64,000 nt of DNA from Acidimicrobiia bacterium (GTDB lineage Bacteria; Actinomycetota; Acidimicrobiia; Spongiisociales; ZC4RG35): contig DATDPP010000079.1 in the NCBI GenBank assembly GCA_035292685.1, positions 170,971 to 234,970 of the forward strand. Direction: 5' to 3'. The notes under the pieces were generated by a model, which saw nothing but the letters and a program-made list of their open reading frames with translations, was not told the origin of the DNA and did no database searches. Below are positions 38,808 through 46,725 of this stretch, one piece after another (positions within the stretch are counted from its first letter, which is position 1; each line of letters starts with the position of its first letter). The translations under genes and the position numbers were made by a program.

Positions 38808-39905
38808 ATGACCTCCTCCAGAATCCACGGTCTGGCAGCAGCCGGGGTGTCGGTTTGGTCGGATCAGATCTCACGAGACATGCTCAACTCGGGGGAACTG
38901 GGCCGTCGCATCGAGCGCGACGCGGTGACCGGGGTCACCTCCAACCCAACGATCTTCGCCGGCTGCATCGTCGGCTCCAATGACTATGACGACCAAATCC
39001 ATGATCTGAAATCGGCCGGAATCCCCACCGAGGAAGTCCTCAAGAGCCTCATGGCCGCCGACATCCAGGGGGCTTGTGACCTGTTACTCGGGGTATTCCA
39101 TGAGACCGCGGGAGGAGATGGTTTCGTGTCGGTCGAGGTCTCCCCGACCCTGGCCAGTGACAGCCAGGCGACGGTGGCCGAGGCCCGGGATTGGGTGAAG
39201 CAGATCAACCGCCCCAATCTCCTGGTCAAGGTGCCCGCCACACCCGAGGGAGTTCCCGCGATCAGGTCCCTGATCGGCGAGGGGATCTCGGTGAATGTCA
39301 CACTCATCTTCTCCCTGGAGCGTTATGTCGAAGTGATGGATGCCTATTTGTCCGGGCTCGAGGACTTTCGGTCGGCGGGTGGCGACCTATCGACCATCGC
39401 TTCCGTCGCCTCGTTCTTCGTGTCCCGGTTCGACAGCGAGGTCGATCCCCGGCTGGAGGCACTCGGCACCGACGAGGCCCTGGCCCTGCGCGGAGTGACC
39501 GCGGTAGCCAACGCCAGGGCTGCCTACGGCCTCTTCAACGATTGTTTCGAGTCCGAGCGCTTCCGGTCCCTGGCCGGGGCCGGGGCCAGGCAGCAACGAC
39601 CTTTGTGGGCTTCGACTTCGACCAAGAACCCGGCATATCCCGACCTGCTCTACGTGGAGAGCCTGGTCGCCCCGGCCACCGTCAACACCATGCCGGTGGC
39701 CACCATCGACGCCTATCAGGAACACGGTGACCCGTCACCTACCCCGTTCACAGGAGATGACATCGAGTCCGCGCAACGAAACTTGGATCGTCTCGGTGAG
39801 GCCGGCATCGACTACGCCGACGTGGTTCGCGTCCTCGAGGACGAGGGCGTCGAGAAGTTCACCAAGAGTTGGCTCGAGTTGTTGGAAGACGTGGACCAGG
39901 CCTGA
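38808..39905 (+). CDS. tal: Transaldolase (actinobacterial long type).
   Basis: VSVWSDQISRD, GVTSNPTIF and LLVKVPAT (Schiff-base Lys). Confidence 0.85.
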   Translation: MTSSRIHGLAAAGVSVWSDQISRDMLNSGELGRRIERDAVTGVTSNPTIFAGCIVGSNDYDDQIHDLKSAGIPTEEVLKSLMAADIQGACDLLLGVFHETAGGDGFVSVEVSPTLASDSQATVAEARDWVKQINRPNLLVKVPATPEGVPAIRSLIGEGISVNVTLIFSLERYVEVMDAYLSGLEDFRSAGGDLSTIASVASFFVSRFDSEVDPRLEALGTDEALALRGVTAVANARAAYGLFNDCFESERFRSLAGAGARQQRPLWASTSTKNPAYPDLLYVESLVAPATVNTMPVATIDAYQEHGDPSPTPFTGDDIESAQRNLDRLGEAGIDYADVVRVLEDEGVEKFTKSWLELLEDVDQA

Positions 39906-40495
39906 ACTCCAGCTTCACTCCAGCCGCCAAATGGTCGCCTCTGTCTGTGGACGAAGCCGCAGCTGTGTTCTCGGGAGCACCTTTCCGCTGGTGGATCGCC
40001 GAGGGTCATGCACTCGAGCTCCACACGGGACGATCCTGGCGTGACCACGACGATCTGGATGTCGGGGTCTGCCGGGACCAGTCAGAAGACCTTTTCGCCT
40101 GGCTCTCCGGCTGGATCCTTTGCGTCGCCGCCGAAGATGCATTGGGGTCTTGGGATGGGAGCCCATTGGATGCTCGGACCAACCAGAACAATGTTTGGGC
40201 ACGGCGACGACCCAACATTTGGCTCATGGACCTGACGGTCGGCGACGGAGATGAGGACGTCTGGGTCTATCGGCGAGATCGGTCTGTCACCCGGCCGTGG
40301 CCTGAGGGTGTTCTGCACACCTCTGGCGGAGTCCCGTACCTGGCGCCAGATCTGCAGCTCCTGTTCAAATCCAAGGATCGACGCCGGAAGGATGACATCG
40401 ACGCGGCCCAAGTGATCTCTGGATTGACGACGGCGGAGTGGCAGTTTCTTTCTATACACCTCGCGACGAACCATCCGTGGCGGGAGCTTCGCTAG
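39869..40495 (+). CDS. ANT(2'')-Ia-like (aminoglycoside-2''-adenylyltransferase family) nucleotidyltransferase.
   Basis: FRWWIAEGHALELHTGRSWRDHDDLDVGV aligns with ANT(2'')-Ia LPLWIGGGWAIDARLGRVTRKHDDIDLTF. The true start is probably a few codons inside, after the tal stop (for example GTG near 39947). Confidence 0.5.
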   Translation: MARVVGRRGPGLNSSFTPAAKWSPLSVDEAAAVFSGAPFRWWIAEGHALELHTGRSWRDHDDLDVGVCRDQSEDLFAWLSGWILCVAAEDALGSWDGSPLDARTNQNNVWARRRPNIWLMDLTVGDGDEDVWVYRRDRSVTRPWPEGVLHTSGGVPYLAPDLQLLFKSKDRRRKDDIDAAQVISGLTTAEWQFLSIHLATNHPWRELR

Positions 40496-40591
40496 GGATG
40501 CATGGAGTCCTGAAGAAAATCTTCCCCACCGGGCGCGAACGTCTTGAATCTGTCCCTGCCCGAACGTATGTTCGGAATTGTGGGAAAGAGA

Positions 40592-40864
40592 ATGCGGAGC
40601 TGGGAAGAGTGGGAGGCGAAACTGTCCGAAATGGAGACCCGACAGCGAGCCCGGGCTCTCATCGATTCAAGGGCGCTGCCCACAGAAGAGTTGCTCGAAA
40701 TGCTGACGCAGGACTTTCAGGACCTCCAGATGATCGAGCTCTACGAACGTGAGTGCATCGGCGAGCTGGCCGATCGTCAAATAGAGGAGTGGCTCCATTT
40801 GTGCCCCGATCTGCCGTCGTGGTTCGCCGTGAGGTCAACTGGAATCGTCTCGGAGGGGAGGTGA
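40592..40864 (+). CDS. Small predicted all-helical hypothetical protein (about 90 aa), 8 bp upstream of the HNH gene.
   Basis: ORF with a GGAAAGAG purine-rich stretch 5 bp before the ATG at 40592 and lower GC than its surroundings. No family recognised; the tracked ORF starts at TTG 40544. Confidence 0.3.
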   Translation: MRSWEEWEAKLSEMETRQRARALIDSRALPTEELLEMLTQDFQDLQMIELYERECIGELADRQIEEWLHLCPDLPSWFAVRSTGIVSEGR

Positions 40865-40871
40865 GGGAGTT

Positions 40872-41942
40872 GTGGATCTGACGAGCCTGAACCTGGACCA
40901 GAAAGAACAAACCTTCGTCGACGCCGAGACGGTGATCGCCAAAATGCGGGCGATCCAACTCGACGTGCTCGAGGATTTCGATCACGGTCAAGTGGCAACC
41001 GCTGACGGTTCTCGTTCGCTATCGGAGTGGACTGCGGCCCGCCTCGACATCCACCCGGACACGGCAAAGAGCCTGGTGCGGACCATGCGGCGCACCCAGG
41101 ACCGACCCGACCTGCGCTATTCTCTGGCATCAGGTGAGATCACATTCGATCGGCTGGAGGCGGTCTCCCGGATCTCTGAAGATGTCGGATTGCTCCAGCA
41201 CCTGGACGTGTCCGGTGTACAGCGTGAGGCGGCGAAACGGGCACGAATCACGGCTGAAGACGAATACCGGACCGCTGATGACCGGTTCCTCGTGATGCAG
41301 CCATCTCTGGACGAATCCTGGTGGAAGTTGTGGGGAGGATTGGACGGAGTGTCTGGTGCCATCGTCGACAAGGTGCTCTCCGAGACCGCCGACGGTTTGC
41401 CGCTATTCCCCGACGGGACCAGAGGGGACTCCTCCTGGCGCCGGGCCACCGCACTGGTCGAACTGGCCATAACCGATGACCCTCCCCCGGCCCAGATCAC
41501 GGTATTCGTCGATGCCAAACACGCTGCCGCCTCCAACGGCGAAGCCGGCGTCATCCTCGAAGCCGGACCTCGGATCGGACGCGATGCCCTGGAAGCAATG
41601 CTGTGCGATGCAACCACGGAATTGACCGTCCAAGGAGAAGACGGCACCCCAATGGCCTACGGGCGGAAAACCAGGTCTATCCCACCCGCCCTGCGGCGAG
41701 CCATCATCCACCGAGACGGGGACCGGTGCGCCGCCGACGGCTGCGACAGCAACCATCGGCTCCAAGTACACCACCGGATACCCTGGAGCCAGGGCGGGCT
41801 CACCGACCCCGAGAATCTGATCACACTCTGTTGGTTTCACCATCAGGTCGTAGTCCACCAACGAGGCTTCACTTCCTATCGCCATCCCGACCACGGACGG
41901 ATCCGTTTTCGCCGCGCCGGTCCGAGGGGCCCGCCCGACTGA
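40872..41942 (+). CDS. DUF222 + HNH endonuclease (actinobacterial 13E12-repeat-type HNH protein).
   Basis: C-terminal CAADGCDSNHRLQVHHRIPWSQGGLTDPENLITLCWFHHQ (HNH with CxxC...HH...N...H) and an N-terminal DUF222-like region. GTG start with a GGAGG SD. Confidence 0.75.
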   Translation: MDLTSLNLDQKEQTFVDAETVIAKMRAIQLDVLEDFDHGQVATADGSRSLSEWTAARLDIHPDTAKSLVRTMRRTQDRPDLRYSLASGEITFDRLEAVSRISEDVGLLQHLDVSGVQREAAKRARITAEDEYRTADDRFLVMQPSLDESWWKLWGGLDGVSGAIVDKVLSETADGLPLFPDGTRGDSSWRRATALVELAITDDPPPAQITVFVDAKHAAASNGEAGVILEAGPRIGRDALEAMLCDATTELTVQGEDGTPMAYGRKTRSIPPALRRAIIHRDGDRCAADGCDSNHRLQVHHRIPWSQGGLTDPENLITLCWFHHQVVVHQRGFTSYRHPDHGRIRFRRAGPRGPPD

Positions 41943-42016
41943 CTGACTCTGTCAGCGAACCGACGCTATGGCGTGAGCCGCCCTCGTGCCTGACACGCTC
42001 TGTGCGAGTATCCCCT

Positions 42017-42586
42017 ATGCCTTGGGAGCCTTCCTCGCTGACCCTGTCGTTCTTAGCCCGTGGAAGCGTAGGACGCGTCAACGTGGACGTCTGGGAGAAC
42101 ATCGACCCTTTGAGCATCGGATCCGACCCATCTGCTCTTGGGTTCCCCGTGTGTCGAGCGATCGTGGATTACGACCCAGGCGGGTACAGATCATTGATTG
42201 GATGGGTGCAGGTTGTCGGGCTGGTGTCGGCCGACGGGGGAGCGGCGCGCCAATTCGAAGCTGATCCACTTCAAGTATTCGCTGAAATCGAGACACCCTT
42301 TGCCTTCTACGGAATCAATCCTCAGCTCTTCGATGCTCCATCCCGCGAAGACCGCGATCTCTCCCTCGACTGGCTAGCACATAGTTTCCTTTGCATCGCT
42401 CCCTCAAGTCCCATGGCTACTGAGGTCGAAGCGGTCGCCGGGTTCAGTTGGGGATTCAGACTCGTTAACGGTGAGGTTGTGGCCGTCCCGCCCGAGCGCC
42501 TGCACAGGTCTGATTGGGCTGGGCATACTCCACTGCTTTCCGAGACCTATCTAACGTGGAACTTCGGCGCGAACCAGGATTGGTAG
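42017..42586 (+). CDS. Hypothetical protein (189 aa), unknown family. Convergent with pcrA, with a 12-bp gap.
   Basis: Open frame with protein-like composition in a visibly lower-GC stretch. No recognisable motifs and a weak RBS. The ATG at 42017 is preferred over the long out-of-frame overlap with the HNH gene. Confidence 0.4.
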   Translation: MPWEPSSLTLSFLARGSVGRVNVDVWENIDPLSIGSDPSALGFPVCRAIVDYDPGGYRSLIGWVQVVGLVSADGGAARQFEADPLQVFAEIETPFAFYGINPQLFDAPSREDRDLSLDWLAHSFLCIAPSSPMATEVEAVAGFSWGFRLVNGEVVAVPPERLHRSDWAGHTPLLSETYLTWNFGANQDW

Positions 42587-42598
42587 GTCGGAAGGCGT

Positions 42599-44827
42599 TC
42601 ACGCCCTCTCCAGGGGAGCCCAGGCCAGCAACAGGCGCTTCTTGCCCTGGGTATCGAACATCACCTCGGCCTCGGCCCGATCACCGGAGCCGACCACTTC
42701 GCGAACCGTCCCCAGACCCCACCTGTCGTGACGCACCCGGTCCCCGGGGCCGATCTCGTCGGCTGCCACCGTCGTCCGGGGGCCGTTTACTGCAGCCCGC
42801 TCCGCAGGAGAGCGCCGCTCCCGCTTGCCGGCCTTCTCCACGAGCCCTTCCGGGATCTCGCCGAGAAACCGTGAGGGCGGGTTGTAATTGGAGCCCCCGA
42901 AGAGCATCCGACTCCAGGCTGAAGTCAGGTAGAGACTGTCCTGGGCCCGGGTGATCCCGACATAGGCCAGTCGACGCTCCTCTTCCAACTCGAACGGGTC
43001 CCCGAGCGAGCGCATGTGGGGAAACACCCCATCCTCCATCCCCACGATGAACACTGCCGGGAATTCCAGGCCCTTGGCGGTGTGGAGCGTCATCAGCGTC
43101 ACCGCTCCGGCCCCCTCATCCCACTCGTCGATGTCCGCGACGAGGGCGGTCGACTCCAAGAAGATCTCGAGCCGGCGCAGATTGTCGAGAGAATCGAACT
43201 CTTCGTCACCGATCACCGCACCTTCGTTGGCGCTCTCGAACTCGGAGGCCACACCCACCAGCTCCCGGAGGTTCTCCACCCTTCCCATCGCCTCCACCGT
43301 CTTCTCGGCTTCGAGAGTGGCCAGCATCCCGGTGTCGTCGAGAACGGCCTGAACCGCGGCGGTGACACCCCCTTCGTCGGCGGTTTCCGCCAGATGATCC
43401 ACGATCGCAACGAACTCCCCCACCGCGGCTTGAGCTCGGGTGTTGAGCTGGGGGATCTCCGCCGCTCGTCGCAGGCCATCGAAGAAGCCGATTCGTTGGG
43501 CCTGGCTGAACCGGTCGACATGGGCGAGGGTGGTATCCCCGATCCCGCGGCGCGGCTCGTTGATGATTCGCTTCACCGAGACCTCATCGGAGGGGTTGAC
43601 GATGGCGCGGAGGTAGGCCACCGCGTCTTTGATCTCCTTGCGCTCGTAGAACCTCACCGAGCCCACCACGGTGTAAGGGAGTCCCCGTCTCACGAACACG
43701 TCTTCGATGACACGGGACATTGCGTTGGTGCGATAGAAGACAGCGACATCGGACAGGTTGAGCCCCGCCGACTTGAGCCGCTCGACTTCGTCCACCACAT
43801 AGCCGGCCTCGTCGTGCTCGTCCTCGCCCTCATAGCGGATGATGGGAACCCCGCGACCCCGGTCGGACCACAGGTTCTTCGGGGTCCGCTTGGTGTTGTT
43901 GGCGATCACCGAGTTGGCCGCATCGAGGATGGTCTCGCTCGACCGATAGTTCTGCTCGAGCACGATTATCCGGGCATCGGGATAATCCTTCTCGAAGTCG
44001 GTGATGTTCCGGATGTCCGCCCCGCGGAACCGATAGATGGATTGGTCGGAGTCGCCCACCACGCACAGGTTGCGATGAACGGCTGTGAGCTGCTTGACCA
44101 GGACATACTGCGCCCGATTGGTGTCCTGGTACTCGTCCACCAGTACGTAACGGAACTTGGACTGATATTGAGCCAGGACCTCGGGAAAGGCGCCAAACAG
44201 CTCGACGGCGACCATCAAGAGATCGTCGAAGTCCATTGCCGACGCCTCGAGCAAACGCTGTTGATAGAGACGGTACACATCGGCTACCTGCTCGTGATAG
44301 AAGCCGTCGCCCTGGTCGGCGAAGGTCTCGAAGTCCACCAGCTCGTTCTTGGCCTTGGAGATCACGGCCTTCATTGCCTTGGCCGGGAATCTCTTGCTGT
44401 CCAGATCGAGGTCTTTCAGGACGAGGTTGATCAGCCGGACCGAATCGGCCTCGTCGTAGATCGAAAACCCGGATCGATAACCGAGCCTCGAGGCCTCGCG
44501 GCGCAGGATCCGGACGCATGCGGAGTGAAACGTCGACACCTGCATCGAACGGACGGCACCACCCACGAGAGCGCCCACCCGGCTCCTCATCTCATTGGCC
44601 GCCTTGTTGGTGAAGGTGATGGCCAGGATGGAATCCGGCGCCACCCGGAGGTCTCGGATCAGATGGGCGATGCGGTAGGTGAGAACCCGGGTCTTGCCCG
44701 AGCCGGCGCCGGCAACCACCAGCACCGGTCCCTCGGTGGCGGCCACTGCCTCGCGCTGTGTCGGGTTCAGATCGACAAAGAGCGGGGACTCAGCCGAGAC
44801 GTCGTCGTAGAACCAGTCAACCTGCAT
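42599..44827 (-). CDS. pcrA: ATP-dependent DNA helicase PcrA/UvrD.
   Basis: AGAGSGKTRVLT (Walker A), helicase motifs and a C-terminal Tudor-like tail typical of PcrA. Confidence 0.9.
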   Translation of the reverse strand: MQVDWFYDDVSAESPLFVDLNPTQREAVAATEGPVLVVAGAGSGKTRVLTYRIAHLIRDLRVAPDSILAITFTNKAANEMRSRVGALVGGAVRSMQVSTFHSACVRILRREASRLGYRSGFSIYDEADSVRLINLVLKDLDLDSKRFPAKAMKAVISKAKNELVDFETFADQGDGFYHEQVADVYRLYQQRLLEASAMDFDDLLMVAVELFGAFPEVLAQYQSKFRYVLVDEYQDTNRAQYVLVKQLTAVHRNLCVVGDSDQSIYRFRGADIRNITDFEKDYPDARIIVLEQNYRSSETILDAANSVIANNTKRTPKNLWSDRGRGVPIIRYEGEDEHDEAGYVVDEVERLKSAGLNLSDVAVFYRTNAMSRVIEDVFVRRGLPYTVVGSVRFYERKEIKDAVAYLRAIVNPSDEVSVKRIINEPRRGIGDTTLAHVDRFSQAQRIGFFDGLRRAAEIPQLNTRAQAAVGEFVAIVDHLAETADEGGVTAAVQAVLDDTGMLATLEAEKTVEAMGRVENLRELVGVASEFESANEGAVIGDEEFDSLDNLRRLEIFLESTALVADIDEWDEGAGAVTLMTLHTAKGLEFPAVFIVGMEDGVFPHMRSLGDPFELEEERRLAYVGITRAQDSLYLTSAWSRMLFGGSNYNPPSRFLGEIPEGLVEKAGKRERRSPAERAAVNGPRTTVAADEIGPGDRVRHDRWGLGTVREVVGSGDRAEAEVMFDTQGKKRLLLAWAPLERA

Positions 44828-44875
44828 CTGTCATTGATGGTACCGGTCGTGACCGGTTGAATCACACAGATGTGA

Positions 44876-45781
44876 TCACGCGGAGCGAAAGACCGGATCC
44901 CCCAGATCGACTTCCGCCTGACTGGAGTCGTCCTCCATCTCGGGACGCTCCCCCTCGGCGACAACGGTCCGACGCCGCAAGGGCAACGAGTAACAAAACC
45001 GGGCACCAGTCGGGAACCGTCGCTCGTACCAAACCTCGCCGCCCATGGCCCGCGCCAGACGTCGGGCAATGGGAAGCCCCAACCCGATTCCGGTGGACTC
45101 CCTGGCATCACCCTTGGACAACTGCTCGAAATTCTCGAAGACCTTCTGCGTCTCCACATCCGGAACTCCGGGGCCGTTGTCCGAGATGATGATGAGGTAC
45201 TGGTCCCCCATCACGAATCCTTCGACCATGATCTGGTCTCCGCCGTACTTCCGGGCATTCTCCATGAGGTTTCGGATGACCTGCTGGACGCGACGGCGAT
45301 CGGCCTTGACTCTCACCCCCTCCGGGAGCGAGATGAGTGACGTCTTCCTCCCACCGTTGGGAAACACCATCTTCGCGACGTCCTCGATGAGATCGCCAAG
45401 ATCGAACAGCTCGGCATGGAAACGCAGGCGGTCGGCCTCCAGCCGTGGGATGACGAGCACGTCCTCGACCAGGTCACCCAAGTAGATCGCCTGCCGATTG
45501 ATGATCGAGAGGAACTCGTCCACCTCTTCCCTTGGAAGCTCCTTCCATGACTCGACCAGGGTGTCGGCAAACCCGGCGATCGAGGTCAGCGGCGTTCGCA
45601 GCTCATGGCTGACCATGGCTACGAAGTCGTTCTTGATGCGATGCGCCTCCTCGGAGATGCGCATGACCTCGCGCTCACGCTGTCGGCCATGCCTGGTGAT
45701 CGCCAGAGCCCAGAGCACCGCGGCGACACCCACGACCGGGAGCAGGTACACCAGCACCTCGGGGACCGAAGCATCGAACAT
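44876..45781 (-). CDS. Sensor histidine kinase (membrane-anchored; HisKA + HATPase_c).
   Basis: FVAMVSHELRTPL (H-box), NLMENARKYG (N-box) and GLGLPIARRLA (G2). Confidence 0.8.
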   Translation of the reverse strand: MFDASVPEVLVYLLPVVGVAAVLWALAITRHGRQREREVMRISEEAHRIKNDFVAMVSHELRTPLTSIAGFADTLVESWKELPREEVDEFLSIINRQAIYLGDLVEDVLVIPRLEADRLRFHAELFDLGDLIEDVAKMVFPNGGRKTSLISLPEGVRVKADRRRVQQVIRNLMENARKYGGDQIMVEGFVMGDQYLIIISDNGPGVPDVETQKVFENFEQLSKGDARESTGIGLGLPIARRLARAMGGEVWYERRFPTGARFCYSLPLRRRTVVAEGERPEMEDDSSQAEVDLGDPVFRSA

Positions 45782-45955
45782 CCTCAGTATCTATCGGGGA
45801 GTTTCGACTCCGGCTGTAGTTAGAGGTTCAACGTTGGAGCACTCCCCACGAGGTGATCCGGGCGATGCGTCTTTGACTGCGCCGGCCGGCAACACCGAGA
45901 ATGGCGCATCAGCACGGATTTCAACGAGCGTTACCGTGTCATCGAGCACCCGGCG

Positions 45956-46690
45956 ATGCGCCGTGCCGAAATGGCCGTGACGGGCTGCGATTACGGGGCC
46001 ACCAGCTACACGACTCGAGACCAGGCCAGCCGGCTCGCCCAGGAGCTCGCGCTGGGCCCGGGAGCCCTCTTGCTCGACATCGGAAGTGGGGCGGGATGGC
46101 CCGGGATCTACCTGAGCCGGTCGACAGGCTGCCGTGTCGTGCTCACCGACCCGTCTTTCGAGGGATTGAATGTGGCCGCTCGCCGCATGCGTGCCGAAGG
46201 GGTGTCTGGGGCGGTGATCAACGCCTCCGGTGAGGCCCTTCCATTCCAAGACGGGGTATTCGACGCTGTCACCCACTCGGATGTGCTTTGTTGCCTGCCG
46301 GCGAAGCAGGCCGTCCTGCGGGACAACCGAAGGGTGTTGAGGAAAGGCGGGCGTCTGTCGTTCCTTGTGATCGAACTCACCGAAGGGATCTCGGACGCTT
46401 CAAGGGTGGAGGTAGCTGCCTCGGGACCGGACCACATCGAGGCCGACGATCTCTATCAGGTGCTCATGGCAAGAGCCGGCTTCGAGCGAATCGAGAGCAT
46501 GGACGTCACAGAGGAGTATCGAGAAACGCTGTCGGCGCTGATCCGGACATGGGATGAGGCCTCCACGGAACTCGCCCCGATTGTGGGGATCGCCGAGTTC
46601 GAGGATCGGCAATCGCGCCGCAACCGAGCGCTTGCGGAGGTTGATGAGGGGTCGATTCGAAGGACACTGTTCACGGCATACCGGGGATGA
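45956..46690 (+). CDS. Class I SAM-dependent methyltransferase (small-molecule type).
   Basis: LLDIGSGAGWPG motif I and the Methyltransf_11/25 pattern. No DNA-MTase DPPY/NPPF motif. Confidence 0.65.
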   Translation: MRRAEMAVTGCDYGATSYTTRDQASRLAQELALGPGALLLDIGSGAGWPGIYLSRSTGCRVVLTDPSFEGLNVAARRMRAEGVSGAVINASGEALPFQDGVFDAVTHSDVLCCLPAKQAVLRDNRRVLRKGGRLSFLVIELTEGISDASRVEVAASGPDHIEADDLYQVLMARAGFERIESMDVTEEYRETLSALIRTWDEASTELAPIVGIAEFEDRQSRRNRALAEVDEGSIRRTLFTAYRG

Positions 46691-46725
46691 AGCTCGGTCG
46701 GCGGCGCTCGCGTCGATCGTGAGGC

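Noticed and set aside
40872-41942. Considered the HNH gene as part of a restriction-modification system.
   Set aside because: No DNA methyltransferase is adjacent; both methyltransferases in the window are small-molecule class I enzymes without DPPY/NPPF motifs. The DUF222-HNH architecture is the common selfish actinobacterial type.
43016-44860. 614-aa ORF on the + strand.
   Set aside because: Antisense to pcrA/uvrD. No motifs; Arg/Gly/Pro-rich shadow-frame composition.
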